Positions 1 to 7,695 of a DNA stretch of 36,922 bases are shown here, piece after piece. Source of the stretch: a virus (Duplodnaviria > Caudoviricetes). Where the stretch lies: positions 1 to 36,922 of the IMG/VR virus record IMGVR_UViG_3300037851_000155, one strand, 5' to 3'. The position numbers and the translations under genes were made by a program. Position 1 is the first letter of the stretch. Each line of letters begins with the position of its first letter. The notes below the pieces were generated by a model. The model was not told the origin of the DNA and did not search any database. It saw only the letters and a list, made by a program, of their open reading frames with translations.

Positions 1-18
1 GCGGTGGCCGGGGCGGAG

Positions 19-393
19 TCAGCGTACTACTGACCAAACATCTCCAGGACTATTCCGATCAAGATTGACAAGCCTAAGATCCCGCCGATCACCGCAAACA
101 GCCAGAACAGACACCCGCGAGTACGTTTCTCGGTCATTGTCGGCCTTTGTAATTGGGCGGATAAGGGGGAGGTCACGAAGGCTCTTGATGGGAGTCCTCT
201 GATCCTCAGTCAGCACCTTCCGATAGACTGACACCTGAAACGGCCTCAGATTGAACCATGCCGCGACCTGGTGACTTGGGTAGTCCGAGACAATGAAGGC
301 CAATGCCACCCGATAGTTAGGTCCCTGTCTTTTTTTGATCTCCCCGATCACCCGGCGTTGGCAATCGGAGAGTTGGTCGGGGTCTACCGTCAT
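19..393 (-). CDS. hypothetical protein, possible HTH DNA-binding protein
   Basis: 124 aa ORF with GGAGA upstream; HTH-like segment YPSHQVAAWFNLRPFQVSVYRKVL; overlaps the upstream HTH gene. Confidence 0.5.
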   Translation of the reverse strand: MTVDPDQLSDCQRRVIGEIKKRQGPNYRVALAFIVSDYPSHQVAAWFNLRPFQVSVYRKVLTEDQRTPIKSLRDLPLIRPITKADNDRETYSRVSVLAVCGDRRDLRLVNLDRNSPGDVWSVVR

Positions 394-634
394 TTGGATC
401 TTTCTCCAGGACCGTCAAGCGGTGGTCGTTGATGGCCCGCAATATCACCGCGAGTTCGGCCCTCATTACGAAAGATCGGCGGAAAACACGGGCGATGATT
501 CCTGACAAGGTAGGCTGACTTGTCCCGATTATCCGGGCGATCTTGGCTTGTGATACGCCATTGTTCAGAAGGTCTTGAATCATGGACAGTGACTCCTGGC
601 CATGTTTGGCGATCCAATTCAGAACCGGTATCAT
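317..634 (-). CDS. HTH transcriptional regulator (repressor-like position)
   Basis: GVSQAKIARIIGTSQPTLSGII is a typical HTH; divergent from the Cro-like gene; ATG at 634 chosen (ORF open to 655). Confidence 0.65.
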   Translation of the reverse strand: MIPVLNWIAKHGQESLSMIQDLLNNGVSQAKIARIIGTSQPTLSGIIARVFRRSFVMRAELAVILRAINDHRLTVLEKDPNDGRPRPTLRLPTPGDRGDQKKTGT

Positions 635-831
635 GTCCCGGCAAGATTCAAGCAAGGTTCGGGCTCCCGGTGATTACAGTGTCGGCCCCCATTATAGCAA
701 CGGTGATGTAAGTGGTCAATACCCGGATGTCTTGTCATGCCTAAGATCACAACGGGGCGGAACGGATTGTGGCAAGCGATTGCCGCGTTGAAAGTTAGGT
801 CAGAAAAAAATGCAAAGCATCTACTTTTCCC

Positions 832-861
832 TTGACAACGGCGGATCGGCTGACGTATATT
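832..861 (+). promoter_or_regulatory. sigma70-type rightward early promoter
   Basis: TTGACA (832-837), 18 bp spacer, TATATT (856-861), A-rich upstream tract. Confidence 0.65.
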
Positions 862-953
862 CCTAACATCGGGCCTGGGCCATGCCCTTTTCAAATAATA
901 GGTATGGGGTAATTTACCCCCGATAAAATTCAGCATGGCCCAATGGATTTAGG

Positions 954-988
954 AGGGCGGTCCCGACCAGGACCGCCCTTTGTCGTTT
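954..988 (+). terminator. leader hairpin / intrinsic terminator-attenuator upstream of the Cro-like gene
   Basis: AGGGCGGTCC-cgacca-GGACCGCCCT perfect 10-bp stem followed by TTGTCGTTT. Confidence 0.55.
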
Positions 989-1003
989 GATGGAGGGCCA
1001 TGT

Positions 1004-1390
1004 ATGCCGTTGACCTTTGATAATTCTGGATCCCCCAAAAAACTTCCGACCCTGGGGCAATCTAAAGCCGGCCGACCTCCCAAGCAAGACAATTCTGTAA
1101 TCTCCCAGACATCCCCGACTATCACGATCCCGGACGCGGTGCTTGCGGAAGTCAGCGAACACCGCCTGTTGTTTTTCCTGTGTGCCTGGCATGAACTACG
1201 GTATCCCACCAACGCAAGACGAGAGATAGCCCACCTCTTAGGTTGTTCAGAGAACCACCTTGCTAATGTCCTCCGGGGACAAACACACCTCTCGGGGCTT
1301 CAATGGTTTGCGGTTGAAAGATGGGCCGGTGTGGATTGGTATGACCGGTGGCTGTCGATCCAAAAACTCAAACTGCGATTGGAGGCATGA
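1004..1390 (+). CDS. Cro/XRE-like HTH regulator
   Basis: ARREIAHLLGCSENHLANVLRGQTHLS HTH; GGAGG at 992-996; first gene after the early promoter. Confidence 0.65.
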   Translation: MPLTFDNSGSPKKLPTLGQSKAGRPPKQDNSVISQTSPTITIPDAVLAEVSEHRLLFFLCAWHELRYPTNARREIAHLLGCSENHLANVLRGQTHLSGLQWFAVERWAGVDWYDRWLSIQKLKLRLEA

Positions 1391-1391
1391 C

Positions 1392-1634
1392 ATGAATACC
1401 CTGGTCAACCTTGGCTGTTCTGTCTTTCTCGCATACGGGTTTTGGGAGTTTGCTGAGTGGTTCTTCCTCTCTGACCGCTTTGGTGTTGTTGTCGGATACC
1501 TGGTCAATTTCGGGATGCCCCTCACGTTCGCCGTTGCGGTTGGTATGGCTGGAACCGGCCTCCCGAGTGCGATCGCCTTTGTAGCCTTGCTCAAGTGGCT
1601 CCACCTCTATCCCTTCACGAAAGGAAACGCATGA
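1392..1634 (+). CDS. small membrane protein
   Basis: GGAGG RBS; MNTLVNLG..., 2-3 hydrophobic helices; coupled to neighbours. Confidence 0.6.
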   Translation: MNTLVNLGCSVFLAYGFWEFAEWFFLSDRFGVVVGYLVNFGMPLTFAVAVGMAGTGLPSAIAFVALLKWLHLYPFTKGNA

Positions 1635-1864
1635 AGATCCTCGGCGTACTGTCCATGATTGGGGGGACAACGCTGTTCTTTGTTTCACTGAATCCGCATC
1701 ACCCGGAAGCGGTTGTATGTCAGTTGGCGGGATTGGGGACCGCCTTTCTGCTTTTCGGGATCCACCTGGCTCTGGCCGGAGTATGCCGGAAGATCCGGGA
1801 AAACAAACAGATGATCGAAGAAGCCAAACGATGGAGGGCCAATGCCGTATATCCCGAAGATTGA
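1631..1864 (+). CDS. small membrane protein
   Basis: AAGGA RBS, ATGA overlap; two hydrophobic segments and a basic tail. Confidence 0.6.
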   Translation: MKILGVLSMIGGTTLFFVSLNPHHPEAVVCQLAGLGTAFLLFGIHLALAGVCRKIRENKQMIEEAKRWRANAVYPED

Positions 1865-2768
1865 AATGTCGCATGAGGAATGGCTCCAAGTTCGCCGGCA
1901 GGGGATCGGATCCTCTGATGTGCCGCCGATCCTGGGGCTGATCCCAAAGGCCAGGACCCCTTTGATGGTCTACCTGGACAAGATCGGGGAGTCGGGCCCG
2001 GTCCCGGACAACCCGGCCATGTATTTCGGCCGGAAGTTGGAGCCGATTGTGGCCGACACCTTTTCGGAGATGCACAAGATCCAGGTCCGGAATGACCACA
2101 AGGTCCGGATCCACCCGGAGCATGAGTATATGATGGCGAACCTCGACCGGACTATCCTCCCCGGCGATCGGAAGGGTGTCGGGATCCTGGAGTGCAAGAC
2201 AACGGCCGGGTATGTCGCGAACCAATGGCCGGAGGACGATTGTCCTCTCCCGTACTTTGCACAGATTCAGCACCAACTGTTTGTAACCGGCTACACCTGG
2301 GGATATGTCGCGGCCCTGGTAGACGGCAGGGAGTTCAGGGATTGGTATGTGGAGATCGACCATGACTACCTGAAAGTCCAGAACGAGATACTTGCCGAGT
2401 TCTGGAGTCGGGTCAAGATGCGGATCCCGCCGGAGCCGATCCTCAAAGACATCCTGTTGATGCGGGAATCGCCTGGCAAGATCGTGACGGCGGACGCGGA
2501 GATTGCCTCGGCGTGTAGCCAACTGATCCGGGTCAAGGCGGACCTCGCGGCCGTGGAAGATACAAAGAAACAGTTGGAAGCCAGGATCAAGGAGGTGATG
2601 GTAGACGGCGAGATCCTGGAGTATGAGGGCCGGGTCCTTGCGACCTGGAAAACGTCCAAAGCCTCGCGGGTGTTCAACGCGGAGAAGTTCGCGGCGGAAC
2701 ATCCCGAGTTGTACGAGCAATACCGGGAAACGAAGGACGGATCCCGGCGGTTCGTAGTCAAACAGTAA
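1842..2768 (+). CDS. YqaJ-like viral recombinase exonuclease
   Basis: EEWLQVRRQGIGSSD, YFGRKLEP, ANLDR, LECKT, YFAQIQHQLFVTG motifs. Confidence 0.93.
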   Translation: MPYIPKIEMSHEEWLQVRRQGIGSSDVPPILGLIPKARTPLMVYLDKIGESGPVPDNPAMYFGRKLEPIVADTFSEMHKIQVRNDHKVRIHPEHEYMMANLDRTILPGDRKGVGILECKTTAGYVANQWPEDDCPLPYFAQIQHQLFVTGYTWGYVAALVDGREFRDWYVEIDHDYLKVQNEILAEFWSRVKMRIPPEPILKDILLMRESPGKIVTADAEIASACSQLIRVKADLAAVEDTKKQLEARIKEVMVDGEILEYEGRVLATWKTSKASRVFNAEKFAAEHPELYEQYRETKDGSRRFVVKQ

Positions 2769-2783
2769 CGGGAGGAAGGGGCC

Positions 2784-3839
2784 ATGACCGCAAACGTGGA
2801 ACAAGCCGCAAGAAAGGCGGTGTCTCGACAAACGCCGATAACCGTCCGGGGGGAGGTCAACGCAAAGGTCCAAGAAGTGCGGGACCTATTGACCAAACTC
2901 AAGCCCGAGATTCAGGCAAGTCTCTCCAGTAGTGTCCCGGTCGAGTATCTGATGTCAACGCTTATGACGGCAATCCGGGTCAATCCGGAGTTGTTGCGTT
3001 GCACGTCAGTCTCTCTGATCGGCTGTTTCATCCAAGCCAATCAACTTGGCCTCCGGCTGGATGGGGCTTTGGGCCATGCTTACATGGTCCCCTATCGGAA
3101 CACCAGGAAAGACGGCGTGATGGAGGCTCAGTTCATGCCAGGGTATCGGGGTCTTATCCACCTGGCGTTGAAGTCTCCCCGGGTGACTCACCTTTGGGCA
3201 GGGGTGATCCGGGACGGTGACGAGTTTTTCTATGAGTACGGGAACGCTCAGAAGATCATGCACAAGCCCAAGTTGGGGAACAACGGCCCGATCCTGGGGG
3301 TGTATGCTTATGCCGGTATGACCGGGGGCGGTGTTGTCTTTGATGTTTTGTCAACGGAAGAGGTTGAGAGGGTCCGGGCCGTCAGCAAGGCGAAGGAATC
3401 CGGGCCCTGGGAAACGAACACGGTTGAGATGTACCGCAAGACGGCTGTTCGCCGGCTCTCGAAGTACCTGGATCTCACAGTGGAGTTTGCCCGGGCCGTG
3501 GACCTGGACGAACGGCTTGACCGTGGGGATGTGGAGGACGTGACGGCCGGCCTTCTCGCGGATCCGCCGGCGGAGTCGAAGAAAAAGGCCCTCACGGAAG
3601 GGGAGGCAGATTTGCCAGGGGCTACCCCGGATCGGCAACCGGCCCAATTCAATGTTGCATCAGCAATCCAGGCGATCAAGACGGCTCAGTCGGGCAAAAG
3701 CCTGGGGATCCTATCGAGCCGGTTTGACACCCTGTTTTCGACAGGGGAGATGGATGAAGCCACGCACCGCCAGTTGATGGAGGCGGTCCTGGCACGAATG
3801 AACGAGTTGGAGGGGGCCAATGAAAAACAGACCGGCTAA
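2784..3839 (+). CDS. recT: RecT-family single-strand annealing recombinase
   Basis: NPELLRCTSVSLIGC, AYMVPY, AQFMPGYRGLIHLA, GPWETNTVEMYRKTAVRRLSKYL; follows YqaJ. Confidence 0.93.
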   Translation: MTANVEQAARKAVSRQTPITVRGEVNAKVQEVRDLLTKLKPEIQASLSSSVPVEYLMSTLMTAIRVNPELLRCTSVSLIGCFIQANQLGLRLDGALGHAYMVPYRNTRKDGVMEAQFMPGYRGLIHLALKSPRVTHLWAGVIRDGDEFFYEYGNAQKIMHKPKLGNNGPILGVYAYAGMTGGGVVFDVLSTEEVERVRAVSKAKESGPWETNTVEMYRKTAVRRLSKYLDLTVEFARAVDLDERLDRGDVEDVTAGLLADPPAESKKKALTEGEADLPGATPDRQPAQFNVASAIQAIKTAQSGKSLGILSSRFDTLFSTGEMDEATHRQLMEAVLARMNELEGANEKQTG

Positions 3840-4047
3840 GTATGTAGCCTATGCGATTGCTGTATACCTCATGGGGACAGGCTTTCACCGGTTCATGGCC
3901 CTGGCCTATGATCTGGAGTTTTCGGCCTGGGTTGACATGGCGTTAGGTGCGGTCGGGATCCTCATGGCCGGAGCCATGTTTGCCGTTGCGACCTATATCG
4001 GGAGCCAACGTGGTCAAGCGTTACGCCCAAGACGGAAACGAGGCTGA
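3820..4047 (+). CDS. small membrane protein
   Basis: GGAGG RBS; two hydrophobic helices and a basic C-terminus. Confidence 0.6.
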   Translation: MKNRPAKYVAYAIAVYLMGTGFHRFMALAYDLEFSAWVDMALGAVGILMAGAMFAVATYIGSQRGQALRPRRKRG

Positions 4048-4285
4048 TATAGTCAAGGGCCTCCGGGGTGTCGGGGCAAGTGTGTTGGACCTGGGGAATG
4101 TTGGAGGCGGTTGTCCCGACATCCTGGTCGGCTTTCGTAATCGGGATTTTCTGATGGAGATAAAGGACGTGAAAGGGAAGGTGTCGCCGGTCCAGACAGT
4201 ATGGCATAGCCGGTGGAGGGGTCGGCCGGTGGCTATTGTCCGGTCCCTGGACGAAGCCCTAATCGCGATCGGAGCCATTGATTAA
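4010..4285 (+). CDS. VRR-NUC / PD-(D/E)xK nuclease (resolvase-like)
   Basis: DGNEADIVKGLRGVG...GCPDILVG...LMEIK...SPVQTVWH; GTG start after GGAG. Confidence 0.8.
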   Translation: MVKRYAQDGNEADIVKGLRGVGASVLDLGNVGGGCPDILVGFRNRDFLMEIKDVKGKVSPVQTVWHSRWRGRPVAIVRSLDEALIAIGAID

Positions 4286-4298
4286 AAGGCAAACAGAG

Positions 4299-5051
4299 AT
4301 GGCATGGATGGAATTACACCAGGAGTTCCGGGATCACCCGAAGGTACAACGCCTGGCGGGATCCCTCGGAGTTACTCGGGCCGAAGCCAGGGGATACATC
4401 GTTGGCCTTTGGCTTTGGGCGGTCCAGTACGCTCCGGACGGCGATTTGTCGAAGTTCTCAGAGGCCGAGATAGCAGATGCTTGTGATTCGATGAAGGAGG
4501 GCCCGGTGATGGTCAAGGCCCTTTTGGATGCCGGCTGGCTCACCCGGGTCGATGGCACCCTTTGTATCTACAAGTGGGATGAATACGGGATCCGGCTACT
4601 CCGGTCGATGCGGGAGAGGCAGAAGAAAAGCCGAATGTCACGTGACAGTCACACTCCGCTTGGTGTGACAGTCACAGTACCCCCTCGGGGGGTGTCACGT
4701 CCTACGGACCTTACAGACCTTACAGACCATACAGACCAGGCAGAAGAAGAAGATACTCCGCCTCCGCCGGAAAAGGATTTGGAGACACCGGCGTTACTCG
4801 AACGGTATTTGATGGTCCATTGGGGAGAGAAGGGGAGGGTACCCTGGTCAGTCATGTCGCAATTTCAAGTCCTGGGGCGGAAGTACGGATGGAACGCCCT
4901 GGGGAGGGCCATATCGGAGGCTTCACGGTATGACAAGCGTTCCCTGGCCTATGTGGAGGCTATCCTGGAGCCTGGGGCAAAGGCGAAGGAAAAGGAGGCG
5001 GCGAGTATCGAGAAATTGAAGCGATTGGCGGAGGCTGACAATGGGGACTAA
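4299..5051 (+). CDS. phage replication initiator (O-like N-terminus, DnaD-like C-terminus)
   Basis: MAWMELHQEFRDHPKVQRLA...GLWLWA N-terminus; AISEASRYDKRSLAYVEAIL DnaD-like motif; internal repeats; TTG at 4278 is an alternative start. Confidence 0.75.
   Translation: MAWMELHQEFRDHPKVQRLAGSLGVTRAEARGYIVGLWLWAVQYAPDGDLSKFSEAEIADACDSMKEGPVMVKALLDAGWLTRVDGTLCIYKWDEYGIRLLRSMRERQKKSRMSRDSHTPLGVTVTVPPRGVSRPTDLTDLTDHTDQAEEEDTPPPPEKDLETPALLERYLMVHWGEKGRVPWSVMSQFQVLGRKYGWNALGRAISEASRYDKRSLAYVEAILEPGAKAKEKEAASIEKLKRLAEADNGD
4636..4740. repeat. putative replication origin (iterons) inside the initiator gene
   Basis: palindrome TGTCACGTGACA 4636-4647; GTGACAGTCAC at 4642 and 4665; TGTCACGT at 4693; four 9-bp repeats (c/t/a)TAC(a/g)GACC at 4702-4737; same layout as lambda ori within O. 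Confidence 0.65.
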
Positions 5052-5526
5052 GTTTCAGTTAGATGTCACGGAACACCGGTCCGGGATGGTCCGGCTGTTC
5101 AACGCCTTTGGCACCAGGTCAGACGGCAAGGAAGAAATGATCCTGGAGTATTGGCGGGTCTTTGACTACCTGAACCCTGGGGAATGGAGGATGGTAGTCG
5201 ATAACGCAATCCGCACGATGTCCAGTTTCCCGAAGATCGCGGACCTCCGGAAGTTGGTCAATGACATGGGGCTCCGGGAATGGAAAAAAGACGAGTCTGA
5301 TTACTCTCCCTGGATCACGGTCGATTGTCGTTGTGGGGCCAGTTTTGCCGTTGGGAAGCGGGACGTTCTTCAACCGTCAATCGCGTTCATTTGTCCGGTC
5401 TGTAAGGCCGGCTATTCATCTCAGTTGATTTCAGATATGGAGAGACAGGACCATGCCGACTTTGCACAGCGACAACTACATACTGATCGAACCGGCAACG
5501 GAGAAGTCAATAGCAAGGTGGCTTAA
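5041..5526 (+). CDS. helicase loader/inhibitor-like protein with C-terminal Zn ribbon
   Basis: follows the initiator; YWRVF...VDNAIRTMSSFPKIADLR resembles G39P/P-like domains; CRCG...CPVC. Confidence 0.55.
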   Translation: MGTKFQLDVTEHRSGMVRLFNAFGTRSDGKEEMILEYWRVFDYLNPGEWRMVVDNAIRTMSSFPKIADLRKLVNDMGLREWKKDESDYSPWITVDCRCGASFAVGKRDVLQPSIAFICPVCKAGYSSQLISDMERQDHADFAQRQLHTDRTGNGEVNSKVA

Positions 5527-5683
5527 AGTCAGAAGTCACAACCGGAGGGTCTGGATCCGGATCAGCAGAGACTACCCGGATGAACGCTACATCGTATTGG
5601 CAAAGGCGGGGGAGGCTCCGGTCACCACTGGTGTTTTCCTCGGGAAGTTGCTGTTCGAACCGGCGGAGGAATGGTTCAGATGA
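5453..5683 (+). CDS. hypothetical protein
   Basis: 76 aa, AGGA upstream, in operon. Confidence 0.5.
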   Translation: MPTLHSDNYILIEPATEKSIARWLKVRSHNRRVWIRISRDYPDERYIVLAKAGEAPVTTGVFLGKLLFEPAEEWFR

Positions 5684-5781
5684 TGTACCACTGGCTGATC
5701 ACGGCTCATGGTCATTGGCGATACGCGGCGGAATTGTTCCGCAGAGGTAGCCCCCGGACGTGGATCATGTACCTAAACTGA
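5680..5781 (+). CDS. small hypothetical protein (33 aa)
   Basis: ATGA overlap, GGAGG upstream; MMYHWLITAHGHWRYAAELFRRGSPRTWIMYLN fills the gap. Confidence 0.4.
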   Translation: MMYHWLITAHGHWRYAAELFRRGSPRTWIMYLN

Positions 5782-5793
5782 AAGGCAATAGCC

Positions 5794-6330
5794 ATGTTTG
5801 TTGTGTCTTTCCAGAACAACCTCCGGCTTCAAGACCTCATTAGGGAAAGTCCGAAGGCAGTAGTCCGGGCATTGAACCGCCTGGGTGTTTCGGGGAGGAT
5901 GATCGCTCTGAAAGCGGTCACATCCCGATACAACGTAGAATCCTCGGCCGTGAAGAAACGGCTTTGGATCACGAAGGCTACCCTTAATCGCATGGCCGTA
6001 GCGTACACCTCACGGGGTCGGCCTATGTCAATCGCGGCTTTCAAGGCCCGGCAGACCGCGCGAGGGGCTACCTTTACGATCAGAAAGGGGGGAGGCTTGA
6101 AGATTCTCCCTGGGACGTTCCTCGCGACCATGCCCTTGTCAGGACATCGGGGAGTTTTTGAACGGGTCGGCAAGGCAAGGTTCCCGATCCAGGAAAAGTT
6201 CACGGTTTCAGTTCCAGATATGCTCCGGGCTTCCAACGTCCGGAGTGAGATCGAGTCCAAGTCTAACGACATCCTCCAGAAGAACCTGGACCGCGAGATC
6301 AAGGCCCTGAAACGCGGGTACGGTCGATGA
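5794..6330 (+). CDS. lambda gpZ-like tail completion protein
   Basis: basic protein with RALNR, FLATM.SGHRGVFERVGKARFPI, SVPDML motifs typical of Minor_tail_Z. Confidence 0.75.
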   Translation: MFVVSFQNNLRLQDLIRESPKAVVRALNRLGVSGRMIALKAVTSRYNVESSAVKKRLWITKATLNRMAVAYTSRGRPMSIAAFKARQTARGATFTIRKGGGLKILPGTFLATMPLSGHRGVFERVGKARFPIQEKFTVSVPDMLRASNVRSEIESKSNDILQKNLDREIKALKRGYGR

Positions 6331-6483
6331 TGTGGCGTAGCAAGGCCCACAGGGGGGGGACCCGGTTGGAGGGGTCCGCCGGCAATCCTCCCTGGCTACG
6401 CCCAATGACAGGATCAAAGGCTTGTTTGTTGTTGTGTGTGCCTGGATCTACGTCCTCTTGTTGATGATTGACCGTTGGCTTAC

Positions 6484-6525
6484 GGGTCCTTCCCCGGCCC
6501 CCCCCAACGGGTGCGAATCGACCCC
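6484..6525 (+). other. putative lambda-like cos site (cosQ + cosN)
   Basis: GGGTCCT (6484-6490) identical to lambda cosQ; 18 nt later the dyad GGGT-GCGAATCG-ACCC (6509-6524), then A/C tracts; genome encodes Nu1/gpA-type terminase. Confidence 0.65.
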
Positions 6526-6598
6526 AAAAACCCCGCAAACTTTACCCCAAAAAAGGCAGTTTCTATTCCTTCCCCACAAACGCCGAAAGGACTGACTG

Positions 6599-6949
6599 AT
6601 GGCACAAACACTCCTCCTCAAAACTGTCAAAGTTCCCGGGATCGGGGTCCATGTTTCGATTACAGTCGGCAATTCCCGGGGTGTAGACTGTAAGGTTACT
6701 GTCCCGTTGACTGTCGGGCTCCCTCTCATGGTGAAGATTGATGAATTGTCGAAGGCCGGCGGCAATCCTCCCCCCTGGTTCATGGAAGCCTCGAAAGTCG
6801 CAGTAGATACCCTACTTCACCTCTCACAAAACAACCCTGGCGAGAAAGGACAAGACAATGGACAAGTTGACCCGAATCAAGGAGGCTCAGAAGATGGTGG
6901 ATTGGGCCATACAACAGATGGAGGTCCTGAAAAACCAGTTGCGGGATGA
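6599..6949 (+). CDS. hypothetical protein
   Basis: GAAGGA RBS; 116 aa; C-terminal part overlaps the next gene. Confidence 0.5.
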   Translation: MAQTLLLKTVKVPGIGVHVSITVGNSRGVDCKVTVPLTVGLPLMVKIDELSKAGGNPPPWFMEASKVAVDTLLHLSQNNPGEKGQDNGQVDPNQGGSEDGGLGHTTDGGPEKPVAG

Positions 6950-7058
6950 ACGGGAGGCTTTGAAGATGTACCAGGCCCGGCTCCGCGACACCATAAACAA
7001 TGACCAGGAGGATCTGTTCGATGGAAATAGCAAACCGAATCCTGAAAGTGGAGAGTAG
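6858..7058 (+). CDS. small coiled-coil protein
   Basis: GAAAGGA RBS; heptad pattern. Confidence 0.55.
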   Translation: MDKLTRIKEAQKMVDWAIQQMEVLKNQLRDEREALKMYQARLRDTINNDQEDLFDGNSKPNPESGE

Positions 7059-7695
7059 ACCCTGGAAGGACCTCCAGTTTGTCCAGACCGAAAAACTCAA
7101 AGCCTTCCCCCCGGAGTTGAAGGCTAAACTCCGCGAGTCGATCATCGGGAACAACTTTGTCCAGACCTTTGTGGTGTGGGAGGACAAGGGGAAGTTGCTC
7201 TGTCTGGATGGCTTCCACCGGGTCCAGGTCTTGAAGGAGTTGGAGGCGGAGGGATACCGGGTCCCGGCGGAATTGCCATGTGTGTTTGTCCAGTGTAAGA
7301 ACCGGGCGGAAGCAGCCAAGTTGGTCCTTGTTTACAGTTCCTCCTATACGCAGATGTTCCGAGAGGCCGTGACAGACTTTGTTGTTGACAACCGCCTGGA
7401 CGTGGATGAGATCGCGACCCAAGTCAATCTGTTGTTTGTGGACCTGGGGAAGAAGGGCGGATCGGGGGACCGGCCGGAGGATGAAAAGACGGAGCCGGAG
7501 TACCCGATAGTCGCCAGGTTCAGTGAGCATTACGATTACCTAATCATCTTCTGCAAGAACGAGATCGAGTGGGGCTCTCTATCGACCCGCATGGACCTCA
7601 AGACGAAGAAGTCCTATAAAAACACCGGCGTAGGTGTCGGCCGGCTCATTCCTTTTGCGGAGTTTGATCGGATATGGCAGAAACGAGCGAAGTAG
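7021..7695 (+). CDS. ParB/Srx-like N-terminal domain protein
   Basis: KLRESIIGNNFVQTFVVW...LLCLDGFHRVQVL; C-terminal EHYDYLIIFCKNEIEW...GVGRLIPF domain; GGAGG upstream. Confidence 0.75.
   Translation: MEIANRILKVESRPWKDLQFVQTEKLKAFPPELKAKLRESIIGNNFVQTFVVWEDKGKLLCLDGFHRVQVLKELEAEGYRVPAELPCVFVQCKNRAEAAKLVLVYSSSYTQMFREAVTDFVVDNRLDVDEIATQVNLLFVDLGKKGGSGDRPEDEKTEPEYPIVARFSEHYDYLIIFCKNEIEWGSLSTRMDLKTKKSYKNTGVGVGRLIPFAEFDRIWQKRAK

Noticed and set aside
848-856. (GG)CTGACGT motif shared by promoters at 848, 8743 and 15671 as a common operator
   Set aside because: The same motif occurs inside coding regions (~14682, ~18440) and is too short to be significant without statistics
1368-2873. 501-aa minus-strand ORF
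   Set aside because: Antisense shadow of YqaJ and neighbours in GC-rich DNA; no motifs
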